From positions 18,228,001 through 18,292,000 of the forward strand of contig OX442314.1 in assembly GCA_949358305.1 (NCBI GenBank): a stretch of DNA of 64,000 nt. The letters run 5' to 3'. The notes under the pieces are model-generated. The model made no database searches. It saw only the letters and a program-made list of their open reading frames with translations, and was not told the origin of the DNA. Below, piece after piece: positions 36,593 through 50,470 of the stretch (within the stretch, counting starts at the first letter, position 1; each line of letters begins with the position of its first letter). The stretch comes from Strigamia acuminata. Lineage: Eukaryota. Position numbers and translations under genes: made by a program.

Positions 36593-39500
36593 TCACCAAA
36601 GATTGCAGCTAGAATGTCCTCTATTCATCGGGCCTAACTTGCATTGAAACGTTTCAGTAAAGGGACGGTAATTTGACATGGGACCTTGCACCCTAAAATA
36701 AAATCAACTATGAAAACAAATCAATTTAATAATTATAAAACAACAATTACACCTGTATTTTCCAGGACTGTGAGTATCTTCACCGTAATTAGCAAACCAT
36801 AACTTTGATGTCATATGTTCACAACAAGACTGCAATAATAAAATGTTCTGATTTTGAAATATTTAAATTTATTTATGTCTATTACCGTACATAAGCGTAA
36901 CTGACGAAAAACAATTGTTCCGGATTGAATTCTGCTAGTCCTACTAAAGGTTTGTCTTCATGCGTTTTAAACCAATGTTTATAAGCCTAAAAAAAGTCCA
37001 AATCTTTCAGCTGTGTTTTCAGATTGAATTGCATTGATCACAATGAAGTTCATTTACAATATATGCGCATTGAAGTCCAGTGTTGTCTGCTAGATTTTCT
37101 CCTAATGTCAAACCGCCATCGACCTGTGTGTACATGATTATGACGTATAATAATGGTATTACGGATGTCTATCTTTACGCATGTGCTATTAGTTGCAGCT
37201 TCAAGTTGAGTGTCATTGTAACAATAAGCGTCGTATTGGTTCTTGAAGCACTCGCTGCGTCTTGTGTAAATTTGTTGACTTAATTCGGTCCACCATTCGT
37301 GTAAACCGCCTTTGTCGTCCATCTGACTGCCTAGAAATAACATTTATGAATAAATATTCATTTTTGGCGGGTTTTTAGACCTTCATTGTCAAATGCATGT
37401 CCAATCTCGTGACCAATAATTGCGCCAAGACTTCCGTAGTTTAGCGCTCTGCAAGAAATTACTTTTTAAGACAATTTTTTGGAGATATAACGATTTTCTT
37501 ACTGGGATACGTTGGGATTGTAAAAAGGAGGCTTTAAAATTCCACCAGGTATATCTGAAATAAATTATTATATGCCATAGATAGAAGCGAAAGCGAAAGC
37601 TTTGACTTACTTATTGCATTAGCTTCGACTATGTAAAAAGCGTTGGCAGTGAGCACTGTGGTGTCTTCAGGCCATTCATTTCTGTCGACCGGTTTATGCA
37701 AACTGTGTATAAATTTTTTCATAGACCAACCATCTGCTGTAACCATGTTGGTGAAATGATTAGTTGTTATGGTGAAATCTTCGTAGTATGTATTTAGTTG
37801 AGCATCATTAACCACCCATTGGGGATAGCCAACCAGTGGTACTATTGCATTCAACTAAAATGAAAATGCAAACGAAATTTTAGATTAATTTGGCCACGAT
37901 TTTCGGAAACCGAGGAGTTGATACAAATCTTGTACCTTTTTAAGTGCATTATCTCTAGTTTCACGATCAAGCCATTTACTATTTTCAATCATTTCTCTGT
38001 ATGCTTGGAATATGTTTCTTGTAAGTTCGTGAGCCTAAATAATTTTTTATTAGCGGCATTATACAGAAGACGCATTCATAAAGTCATTTAAATTTTACAA
38101 GTTAAATTGTATTTTTAGAGTGGTCTAAAAATATAAACAAGTTTAAATAACTTTTTAATTGCTTGCTGGAGAAAAAAATAACTCACGTGTTCCATTGTTT
38201 TATTCGTCAAGACGTTATCAGCATATATCCGCCACATTGCAAACGTCAGACGTTTGGAAATATCTCCCAAACATGTTTCCACCCTAAATGCGATCGAAAT
38301 CATTTTTTGTACAAATTGATTTTCACTCATTTCAAATTAATTGTGCTTAGAGGAAACAACCATTCAAAAAGCGTGTTCAAAATTGCAGTTAAAGTCTTTT
38401 ATGTTGAGTACACGCTGTTTGGTCTTTTGTGATTAGCCTTTTATACGTATATTACTGGGGTTTGTTGCTCATCATTACCATTTAGATAGATCATGCGTTT
38501 CCTGGCTGTTTGCTTTGTCGGGTAAATACTCAATCAAATCTGATATAACATTCCACAAAGCAAAATTAGTAACAGTTCTTCTGCTGTAGTTGGCTAAAAT
38601 TAACGGCATTTTCTGCATGTATTCCACTTCCATTACATTAATGGCCACGTTTTCATTGACGGTATCGTTTCCAAATATAAGTTGCAGAAATGAAAGCCAG
38701 TTGAAGGTCTGAAACAAAAAATTGGAAATGTTAGATTTATTACTAAATGAAACATTATTCACAATGGTGCAACGAAAGCGGGTTTAGATAAACAATCTAA
38801 ATATCTTTATGGTAAGATCTGGCAAGTAATGACCGATATTTAGCTTTCTTATGTTTCGGCAATAGTATTAGGAAACGGAAAACTTGTACTTGCATTATTA
38901 GTGATTTCGTGTAACTGTTTTATGCTCATTTTATTGCACAGTCTAGTCCGATTTGTTCTATTTTTTTCTGGTGAGACGATCTGGAAGAATGAAAATTGTG
39001 AAGATAAAATGTAGATCTTTTATTGACATTTTACTTTTTTGAGGTTTGCAGTTAATTGGATCAGCTCATTAATTTCTTTTGTTATTTGGTCAGTGTCATT
39101 GTTATTCCATAAAGTTTGAGCTACGATTTTAATCTGTTCCATTGTCTTTTGATCGTCATATTCATCGTCTTTCTTTTTTCTTGAACCAATAAAATAATCA
39201 TCATCATCATCATCAGGTTGATCCAACTATTTAAAAAAAAGAAATTTTATAAACTTTAAAAAGTTATTTTATTTTATGGGAGGAGTTATTTTACTGTAAT
39301 TAGCTTCACATCTGGATTGTTTGGATCAGGTTCAATTCCAAGGCCAAGCACATATCCAGAATAACCAATATATTCAAGTTTAGCAAGAAGATCCTCAATG
39401 GATGAGTTTGTTCGTGGTAGCCAGCTTGAACCAACAGCCATAGGCCAACCATCCAAATGCTGCACGAAAGCTTTTAATGAATTTCTTGCAAGTTTCTTAT

Positions 39501-40451
39501 TTTCAACTGGAAAATTTGTGAAAATTGCATTTAGTTTACTTGTGCGTGTATTTTTTATTTGAATGTTCTCGCTTTTGTCACTTTCTCATATGTTAATCAC
39601 TAGGCTAATTCTAGTGGTATTTTTTCAGTATTTTTTTCCACAACCAGTCAAAATGATTAAGTGACATACTTGTATTTGTATTTAAACATATTTGATACGC
39701 CTGTCGTGCCTTTTTAACTGCTGATGTATCATTTGGGCTGTTTGGAAGTTCCATTATCTCTAGGAAATATTTTTTGTTTAATTTAAAAATAAACAATTTT
39801 TTTTTATTTCTTTTTTTTATACTTTGAATTTCGATTTGAAGTTGCTTTCTCGTTTCGTCAAAGAGACCAGAGAGTTCAGGATTTTTATCCTTGAATTTTG
39901 CACAAACGTATGAATAAAAATCCGTACATGGATCCTGTGTTTCGTCCATTGTACTGATTATTGATGCGGCTAATATCGAAATAAAGTACAGGAAATTACG
40001 TCATTGTTGATGCGTTGTTATGTCATGTACTAATGTTTTTAAACTGGTAATTACAAGTAATTTCCAGTTGGATTGTTAATGTGTGATATGTTACGCAACT
40101 TTGCAACGCAAACTGAGCCGGTAACTCAATCTGCATGACAAATTGTGAATCACATTTTTTGGTTTATCGTAAACTACTTTCTTTTTTTAATCTATATAAA
40201 TTTAAATATTTAACAACTCGCAAGGTGAAGTTTACAACCTGCAACAGTGCACTCTTTGGTAACACAGGCATTTAATTCTTTGGCTTTGGAAGTAGCTGAA
40301 AATAAAACTGGGGTGAATATTTTTACCCACTCGTAAGTTATAAAATTAGAAACTTACTTTGCAAAAGGAGAGCTATTAAGAGACCGCTGCTTAGAATAGT
40401 TAAAATGAAGATAGTTGCTACAACAACGTTTTTAAGTTTCTTCGCCGTCAT
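36593..40451 (-). CDS. M13 family metallopeptidase, gene E
   Basis: MTAKKLKNVVVATIFILTILSSGLLIALLLQ anchor, [44 protein letters not shown]. Start codon uncertain. Confidence 0.9.
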
Positions 40452-41662
40452 ACTTTTAATAGCTAGTAAAAAGTATTCAACACCCTAGAAAAATTATTAC
40501 CAAAAATCGATGAGCATCGTGTATATAAATAAATAAACTTAATTAATTAATTTTAAAGTGATGTCCTTTAAGGAGATGGAATCAAGTATTAATATTATAT
40601 TTCAATGAACTTTATCAACCAATGAAGGAAAACGAATAACTTAACCGATATTAATTTGATTGACAGCATTTCTTGCCTTAGTCCGGTGAAAAGTGAACTG
40701 CTTCGTGGGATACAACAATTTCTGCCATATTGCAATTTCATCACAGAAAGTTAGTTTAAAAATACCATATATTTCAATTTTAAATAAGTTGAATCGTAAA
40801 CTTTATTGCTTGTATAGAAACCTTTATGGGTGCTGAGGTTTGCAATGTACAATTTCCTTTCGTTTGCACGCATGGCTCAATTCACATGACTTGAGCTTTT
40901 TGTATTTTTTCTTTTATTTATTTAATAAGGGTCTACTTCCGTTTTATCTATTGAAATTATAACAATTGTTAGGCGGATTAGGTTTTTTTTTATTGCTTTT
41001 TATCCAAAATTCCAAATTTTGCAAAGTAATTTATTAAGATTGTAATCGACAACGCTGAAAAAATTAATTTAAAGTATTCCTGACCGTCAAGTAAATGATT
41101 TTCAGACTTATAGTAACTAAAGAAAAACACGAATTATATTTATTTTTATATCTGAATTTTTTTTTATTTGAAAAATTTTGTCGTCACATTTTGTCGTCAC
41201 ATTTTTAGTGGCCATTGTGATTTATTTTGCAATTTTTGATGACAATAAATAGAGAAGTTATTTGTATTTGTGGAAATTTTGTTATTTCACATGTAATTAT
41301 AGTACCTGTGGAGAATGTGGGTCATTTACTTGTTGCCAGAGCAGTGTTAATTGAACAAAATAGAATTGCGTTTGCCTGATGTTTTGATTTCCAAACTTGA
41401 TCGCATGTTGATCTACGATTACCACATGGTAACCAGAGGACAAAATGTATTATCATTTTTAAAAAAAAAAACAAATAAATAAATTGAAAAGTTAAACTCA
41501 TTAAAATCTAAAAAGTGATGCATACATAAAAGTAAATAAAATGGAAATAAAAATTCCAATCACGAACCGTGATGAAATGTTTTTAAAAAAATAAATTTTA
41601 TTCTTTTTAGTTTTATTTACAATGCAAACTATCAGAGCTCATATATTAAGTACTTTAAATTG

Positions 41663-44600
41663 TCACCAAAGACTGCAGCTAGAATGTCCTCTATTCATTG
41701 GTCCAAAATTGCATTGAAAGGTTTCAGTAAAGGCACGGTAATTTGACAATGGACCTTGAACTCTAAAATAAAAAAAAATATTTAAAAAAAAATCAAATTC
41801 ACAATCGTAAAGTGACAATTGCACCTATATCTTCCAGGACTATGAGGATCCTCACCAAAGTATGTGAACCATTGTTTTGGTGTAATGTTTTCACACCAGG
41901 TCTGCAAAAGTTAATTACTATTTAAAAAAAACAAAAAATACAACAAAAAAACTGATGTATTCTATTACGTAAGCGTAACTGATGAAAAATAGTTGTTCCG
42001 GTTTGAATTCACTCAGCCCTACTAATGGTTTTTCTTCATTGTGTGTTTTTACCCATCGTTTATAAGCCTAAAATTGATCTTTATAATTATAAGGAATTGA
42101 TGTTTACACTAAAAGTTTAGTTTACACTGAAAGCGCATTGAATTCCTGTATTATCGGGAACATTTTCTCCTAATGTCAAACCGCCATCTATCTGCAAAGA
42201 TTATCTTCTATTTTAGTGCCACGTCATTTAAATACTTGATTATATTTACGCAAGTGTCATTAATCCCTGCTTCAGTTGGGGAATCATTGAAACAATAATC
42301 ATCGTATTGGTTTTTGAAACATTGGCTTCGCTTCGTATACACTTCAAGGCTTAATTTGGTCCACCATTCATGTAAAGCACCTCTTTCATCCATCTGACTG
42401 CCTAAAGATATAAATTGAAAATCATAAGTGTAAGTTTTTGTAGGTTTTTAGACCTTCATCATCAAATGCATGTCCGATTTCGTGACCAATGATTGAGCCC
42501 AGGCTTCCATAGTTCATTGCTCTGTGAGAAAATTACTGTTTAGGACAAATTTGTTTGTGATATAGTTAGCAATCTGCTTACTGGGATCTGTTGGCACTAT
42601 AAAAAGGAGGCTGTAAAATTCCACCGGGAATATCTAAAAATAAAGGTAAACGTGTTTGGTTTGAAGTTTATTAAAGTAAAGCTGGTGAACTTGCATATTG
42701 TATTCGATGCGATGACATAAAAGGCGTTTGCAGTGAGCACTCCAATACCATCGGGCCATTCATTTCTTTCTACCGGTTTTGGCATTTCACGAATGACTCT
42801 CTGTACATTTATTCTCATTGCTGAAACCATGTTGAGGAAATGAGTAGTTGTGACATTATATTCTTCGTAATATGCATTTAGTTGCGCGTCATTAATAACC
42901 CATTCAGGATATCCAACCTGTTGTAACATTGCATTCAACTGAAATGTAAGTGGAAATCGAGTCCATGAAATGCAATAAAGTAAATTTTATCAGAAATAAC
43001 TATGCACACACTTATAAAGCCTCATTGACCTGATGTAAAACGTGTCATACCTTTTTAAGTGCATTATCTTTAGTTTTAACATCGAGCCATTCACTGTTTG
43101 CAATCGTTTCTCTGTATGTTTGGTAAAGGTTTCTGGTAAGTTCTTGAGCCTAGAAGGTTTTTTTTTTAGAAGTAAACCTTTATACGAAATTAAAAAAGTA
43201 CTCACATATTCAATGGTTTCATTCGGCAAAACATTGTCCGCGTATATCCGCCACATTGCAAATGTCAGACTGTCGGAGATGTCTTGCAGACAAGTTTGCC
43301 ACCTAAACGCGGTAAGTTATTGAGAAAATTGCAAAGCAAATTGTCCACAAGTCAAATTCACGATTAAAAAGCTAAAGCTTTCATTCCTCACTAGTAATGC
43401 TTTCAGTTCGAATTGGTATTGCATTTAATTGGAGCGTATTTTGGACGAAACTTATTGTTATCAATAGGAATTTTGAATCAAAACGTTTTCCCCTGCCACC
43501 AGTCACTAACTTTTCCAATTTTTTTCTTACTGAAAGTCACGAAAGTGGTAAAACCGTGAAATGACTTGTGTATGACTGAGCATTTATGTGGTTCATTACC
43601 TGATAGTTGGTTTAAGCGATTCCTGACTGTATGCTTTGTCGGTTACATACGCAAACACATCTGATATTACATTCCACAAAGCGAAATTAGTTGTAGTTCT
43701 TCTGCCGTATTTGGCTAAAATTAAAGGCATTTTTTTTATGTATTCCACTTCCATCACATTAATGGCCACGTTTTCGTTAACCATATCTTTTCCAAATATA
43801 AATTGCAGAAAGGAAAGCCAGTTGAAGGTCTGAAACAAAGGGACTGCATGAGTGAAGGCCGGCTAAGTCGTAAAATTTATTGCTGAATGAAACGTTTTCT
43901 AAACATTCAGTATGATGCAACTGAAGCAGGTTTGAAGAAAAAAATAATTACAGCTTTGCTTAGCGATCTGATAAGTATTTACCAATGCTAGGAATTATTT
44001 TGGAGGATTTACTTGTACTTACATGGTTTGTTTTTTCGTGTAGTTGTTTTATCGTCATTTTGTTGTATAGTCGACTCTGGTTTTTTCTACTTTCTGCTGG
44101 GGAGAGGATCTAGAACAAGGTAAATTATGATGATACTAAAATAAATGTTTACGATTTCATTTTCCTTGAGTTTCCCGTTTTACATTTTTAAGTTCGTCGG
44201 TCAGTTTGAGCATTTCGAGAATTTCTTCAGTTATTTGTTCAGTGTGATTGTTATTGCCTAATACTCGAGCTGTGACTTCAATAAGTTCCACGCGAGTTTC
44301 TCTTTCTTTATCTTTATCCTCTCTCTTCTTTCTTGTTACGTCGAAGTTATCAGAATCGTCATTAGGTTGATCCACCTATTTATTTTTAAAAAAAAAAATA
44401 AAAATGATAAACTATACTTATTTTTTTTCTTCAATTTTTCCAAATAAGTTATTACTGTAATTATTTTGACGTCTGGATTAGTTGGGTCAGGTGCAACCAA
44501 AAGTTTAAACACTTTTCCAGGATAACCAATAGTTTCAAGCTTAGCAAGGAGGTCTTCGATGAACGTGTTTGGTTGTGGAGCCCACCCAACACCAACTGCT

Positions 44601-45543
44601 ATGGGCCAACCGCCCAAATCTTGCACGAAAGTTTTTAAAGGACTAATCCCTAATTGCTCTAATCTAGCTGAAAAATTTTTTGAACATTAAATCGAGTTTA
44701 AAATAACTAAATTGTACCACTGTTAGAAGCAACTTACTGGTGTTTAAACATATTTCATATGCCAATCGAGCCTTTTTAACTGCTGATGGATCATTTGGTG
44801 ACGTTGGAAGCTCCATGAGCTCTGCAAATTTTTTTTTTTTAATTTTAATTTAGAATTGAGAGGAAGTGAATAATTTGTTTACCTCTAACTTGGAGTTTAA
44901 GAAGCTTTTTCCTTTCTACGAAGTGGTCATAGAGTTCAGGGGTTCTACGTATATATTGTGCACAAACATAAGAGTAAAAATCTCTGCAGGGATCCTTCGT
45001 TTCATCCATGGAACTGATTAATGATGCGGCTAATTTCATTTAATACGAATTAATCGAAATTACTTTTTTGTGTTGTTATACAGGTAATTTACGCAATTAA
45101 TTTGTTTTTAAACTGATCATTACAAGAAATTTCCATAGTTCTACAGGTTATATAATATATGATGTCACGCAACTTTGCAATGCAAAATGACTCGGCAACC
45201 AATTTGCATGACGGGACGTACACAATTTAAATGACATTTTTTAAATGTGTCATAATATAAATATATATTTTTTTAAATATAATTTTTCAAATTAATAAAC
45301 GTAAATCAATGTTTGTGTAATTTGTAACCTGCAACTGTGCACTCTTTGCTAACACAGACATTTGATTCTTTGGCTTTGGAAGTAGCTGAAAATAAAATCG
45401 GGGTGAATACATTTTTCCCTACTGTTTAAAATTAGAAACTTACTTTGCAAAACAACGGCTATTAAGAGAGCACAACTTAAAATTGAGAGGACGACGATTA
45501 TTGCAATGAGAATGCGTTTGGTAAGTTTCCTTTCCTTCTTCAT
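41663..45543 (-). CDS. M13 family metallopeptidase, gene F (sister of E)
   Basis: [33 protein letters not shown] anchor, [44 protein letters not shown]. Start codon uncertain. Confidence 0.9.
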
Positions 45544-46041
45544 AGTTTTACTTTTCTGGCTTGAGTTACTAAACCTCAACTGACTGTGACTTACCTGTAA
45601 AGCCTATATTAAAGAGAATGACGGAATCTCGTGCCCTAGTGGGGAGGAAAGTCAAATGGGTCATGAGAGACGAACAATTTCCGCCACATTGCATCATAGA
45701 GACTTGGTTTGTAAATAGTATACAGTGGAATTTTAATTACGACGATTAGTCTTGCGTATAAATTGAAATTGAAAAAAAATTGAGGGAAGTGTTTATTTAT
45801 TTGTATAAGCATGGTATATATTTTTTATATGTATCTTCTTTATTGATATACAATCTTTTAGGTAGTGAAGTTTAGTATTTTCAGTTTCCCTTTCGTTATT
45901 CTACACACGGATCAATGCACATGAGTGAGTTTTGTTTTTTGTTTTCTTATTTTCTTATTTTCCTTTATTTGTATAATTAGGGTCTGCTTCCGCTTTATCC
46001 ATTGAAGTTGTTACAATTGTGTAATTGAGATGCGTTAGTAA

Positions 46042-49000
46042 TCACCAAAGGGTGCAGCGTTGATCCGCGCGATTCATTGGTCCAGCCGGACAATTAAAAA
46101 GTTGAGCGAAATCAACGGAGTTGGAAAGTGGGCCTTGAACTCTATTTGTGTGAGTTTTGTTTACGAAAAATAAATTTTTAGTCGATTATATTTGTGGAAA
46201 GTTCTTTTGGATTACCTGTATTTTGAAGGACTGTGAGGATCCTGTAAACGAGAGTAGCCATAGGGTATTGTCTGACACCACGTCTGTTTTAAAATATTTA
46301 AAAAAATCACATTAGATGAAGAAAAAAAATGATCTTACTTTAAAAACGCATTTAGAGATTAGTTTGAAAAATACAAATAAATTGAAAGGAATTAAACTTT
46401 ACCAGTGCATGACTGATGAAAAATAATTGGTCGGGTGTGAATTCTTCCAATCCAGGCAGTCTTCCTTCTTTTGCATGATCTTTAACCCATTGTTGGTAAG
46501 CCTAAATATTTCCGCAATTAACCCAATTAAAAACAATACAAAGAAGTTAATGGAAGTATTAAAGGAGAATAACAAAAGTTTTTTTTTTTTAAGTTATAGC
46601 TTTTATATAATCCATCAATTTAATGCATAAAAATCGTAAATGGATAAACAAAATTTTTTATTACTTTTTAGCATCTAATTTTAGCCCGAAATAAAAGTTG
46701 TGACGAATATTAGGCTTTACTGCATTGCTTGTTTAAGCCAAACATTGCGCAGTGAAGTCTACTTTTCTAAATATTACATCAACTCGAGACTTTTTTATGA
46801 GTTTAAAATATCACTAAACCTCGTTTTTAAACCTTTGCTATTTGAAATTCAAACTCAAAATTAAACATACTTTATACGAGCATTGCAATCCTATATTATC
46901 AGCCATATTTTCCCCAACTGTAAACTTTCCATCTATCTAAAAAGTGAAATTTAAATTTAAATTTAAATTGTTTTCATCGATTGTCGATTTGAAACGTTAA
47001 CGTACGCAAGATAAATTGTTTTTCTGCTTGATATCTCGAACACAATATTCATTGTATTGTGTGACAAAGCACTCTGTTCGATTGGCATACATTTCTTGAC
47101 TCGAGTCGCTCCACCATCGTCTAAGCACCCCGTTTTCATCAAATTGGCTGCCTGAAGGACATAAAACAATGAAAGTATAAAATTCACGTTTTCTCTTTGT
47201 TCATTTATTCACCATCACTATCGAATCCGTGGCCCATTTCGTGGCCAACAATCACACCGATGCTTCCATAATTTAATGCCCTATGAGTTTGTAAAAGTGC
47301 AGTTTCTTATTAAATATTATTAGACGTCAGACTAAGTTAAAACTCACTGAATTCTATCGACGCCGTAGAATGGTGGTCGTAAAATTCCTGCTGGGAAAAC
47401 TGAAATGGTTTTAATTATTAATTATTAAAGTCAATGTGAAATTTATTATAGTGGTAAATGCTTACATATCGAGTTTGTTAGGTGAGAGTAAAATGCATTC
47501 ACAAAACTTGTTTCATCAACCCACCTGGAAAAAAATATTCACTTTTATATTACAGCTAAAAACAGTTGGTTACAATTTTTATTTTACAATTCTTTATCTA
47601 CTGGTTGGCGGAGGTAGTTAAGTACTCTGTATGTAGTGTTCATGCGATTAACAACTACATTGATAAAATGGTTGTCCATGATTTCTAGCTAGAAAAAAAA
47701 CATCATTTAATATTGATTTAAAAGAGAAGTAGATAAACCGAATTTTAAATAAAATAAAACTTACATTTTTGTAATAGTTATTGAGTTTCGAATTGTTTAA
47801 AATCCAATCTGGATAACCGACAAATTCTTTCATAGCATTAATCTGAAATCATTTGAGATGTCAACACAAAACTGGCCCAAGATAATACATCAACTGCATT
47901 GGGACTTACCTTTTTTATAGCTGTTCGTTTAGTGGCTATATCTAACCATTGGCTATGCATTATTGTTCGTTTGTAGGCTTTGCGTAAATTATCCACGAAT
48001 TCTTTGGCCTTAATTTTAATATTCGGTTAAAACTGGAACTTTATTTTTTAATTATAAATATTATTGATTAATTTTTTACCGACTTTAAAGATGAAGGATC
48101 GGCGTAATTATCTACGAAGACTCTCCATACAGCATATGGTAACATGTCTTCAATTGCAGATAAACATAGTTTCCATCTTAGTTTGTTTAAATCAATTTCC
48201 AGCTGAGTTTTCATTGGTTTTGAATTTAAGTACAGCTCCGGTGTAATAAACTGAACTAACATCTCTACTGCATTCCACACAGCAAAGTTAGTGATAGTCC
48301 TACAAATATTCAAATACACATATCATTTAAAGCAAAAGTAAGATAAATTATCATTTATTTATTCATTACCTTCGATTGTATTTAGCGATGACTTTGGGCC
48401 ATTTTCGCATGAATTCCACTTCACATACAATTATTTCTTCATCTTCACTAATTTCAGTAACTCCGGCAAAGATGGTTTGGAGAAATGTATGGAAATCAAA
48501 TAGCTAGCGAAATAATTATGATAATTCTAGAAATTAATTAGATGCAAATGGCAATTTGTCTCACATTGCCCGTTAAAGTGTGGAGTTGTCGTATTGTCAT
48601 CTTATTGTACATCCGCGTATGATTTCTTCTCTGTTCTTGAGGTGTAAAAATCTAGGGGAAGGAAAAATTAAATGAAAAAGTTAAACCACATCTCATAAAA
48701 TTGCATCATGAGTAATTACTCTGTTGAGATCTCTTTTTAACCGCTTAATATCATTAAAATCCTTAATAATTGAGAATTTATTTTGATTTCCCAGCGATTC
48801 CACAATGGCTAATATAACCGATTGTAAAGGGTCGTATGTATTACTTGAAAGCCATTGTTTGCGCAAACCCAATTTACTTTCTTTCAGTTGTTTGTAATTA
48901 TCATCCGGCTGGTCGAACTAAAGATATGATCGATTTGATTTTATTTATCACTTTTACCTGAATCATTCTATACTCTCACCTGTATTTTATAAACAGTATT

Positions 49001-49965
49001 ATTAATTGGATCGGGCGATATGTTAACAGCGATTACATAGGAGGGGAATCCCATTCTCTCCATTTTAGCCAATAAATCTTCCAGTTTGGAGCCATTGACT
49101 GGTAACCAGTTTGGACCTACAGCTAATGGCCATCCTCCAAGAAGTTCTAAAAATTTGGCCAATGGTGTTATTCCTAATTGAGTTGTGTGGCCTTTAGTAA
49201 AAGTAAAATTTTAAAATTTATTAAATACCTTAATTTAAAAATTATAGCTCTATGTATTTATACTTGTATTCATGCAAACTTGATATGCTTTTCTCAATTT
49301 ACGAACTGCATCTGGATCAGTATCTGAGTTGTTCGTTTCCAAAAGTTCTGTAAAATCAAACAATTTATTAATCTTCACTTTTTGATTTTTAGAAAAGTTT
49401 TAGAAAAACAAAAAATTAAAAACCTTTTAATTGCGTATCTAAAATACGTCTACTTTCTTCGAAAATATTCTGCTCTCTATCCGTCTGTTCATTAAGTTTG
49501 ATGTAATCCCCACACACGAAAGAAAAGAAGTCTTGACATGGATCCTGTTTTGGATCCATGTATCTTAAAATCGTTGCTGCTGCTAATGTACATTGTTTAC
49601 TGTGACAAACTGTGTAATCTTCTTTAGATAAAAAAACTGCAAATATTTTTAAAATGTTATATAAATCTGTTTCATGAATTTCATTTGTTTACTCATTAAT
49701 AGCAGTGCAATAGCCAACACTGTTGAAGTTAATATAAAAAATGTTAATGATACAATCAATGCACATCTGTTTCCTCTTCCATTAGATCTGAAGAGAATTT
49801 TATAGATATATGAATAAAGAAATTAAAGCAATAAGTAAAAATATATTCATACTTGGGGTTGTTTTCGATCTCTGGAGTGTTTGCAATCCTTTAAAACTTA
49901 GTCATTAATATGTGTAAAAGCATTTAAAATTATAGTTACATTTACCCATCAAATGTAGTTGTCAT
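46042..49965 (-). CDS. M13 family metallopeptidase, gene G
   Basis: MTTTFDG..., TM exon, DPCQDFFSFVCG, VNAFYS, GHEMGHGFD, GENMADN, HSPSKYR, CTLW*. Confidence 0.9.
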
Positions 49966-50470
49966 ACTTGACGAAAATTGAGCTATAAATTTGTTTGCAA
50001 GGTCCGAATCGCATTCTTCATGTTTTGATTACCTCCTCTGCACCTTCTGAAGTTGCTGTTTTTGTATTTTCTGTAGTTTGCAATAGAATAGAGTACGTTT
50101 CCCGGATGTTTCGTTATATATTTCTTTTATGTTATGAAGAGCGGAGCTAGTGTGCGTGAATCATACCACAAGTAAAAAAAAAACGCATTAACTAATCTAC
50201 ATAACAAAAACCTTGTCTATTCTTCGTGCAACTAATGAAATGAACATTTCATGTTATCTCCAATTGTACAGATAAACAGCTGGTGAATTGATTCATTCAT
50301 GATTTATTCCTTCGTCATTTGGATAAAATGTACACCGTAATACTCAATGCTTTTTTTGTTTTTTTAAATCAAAAGTGTTTTATTTTTTAATACAAAAAAT
50401 ATTGTGCGTTTACATCGATTTCTTTTCTTTTAGTTATTTATTGTGAGTCGAATATTTTTCGTTTGCAAAA

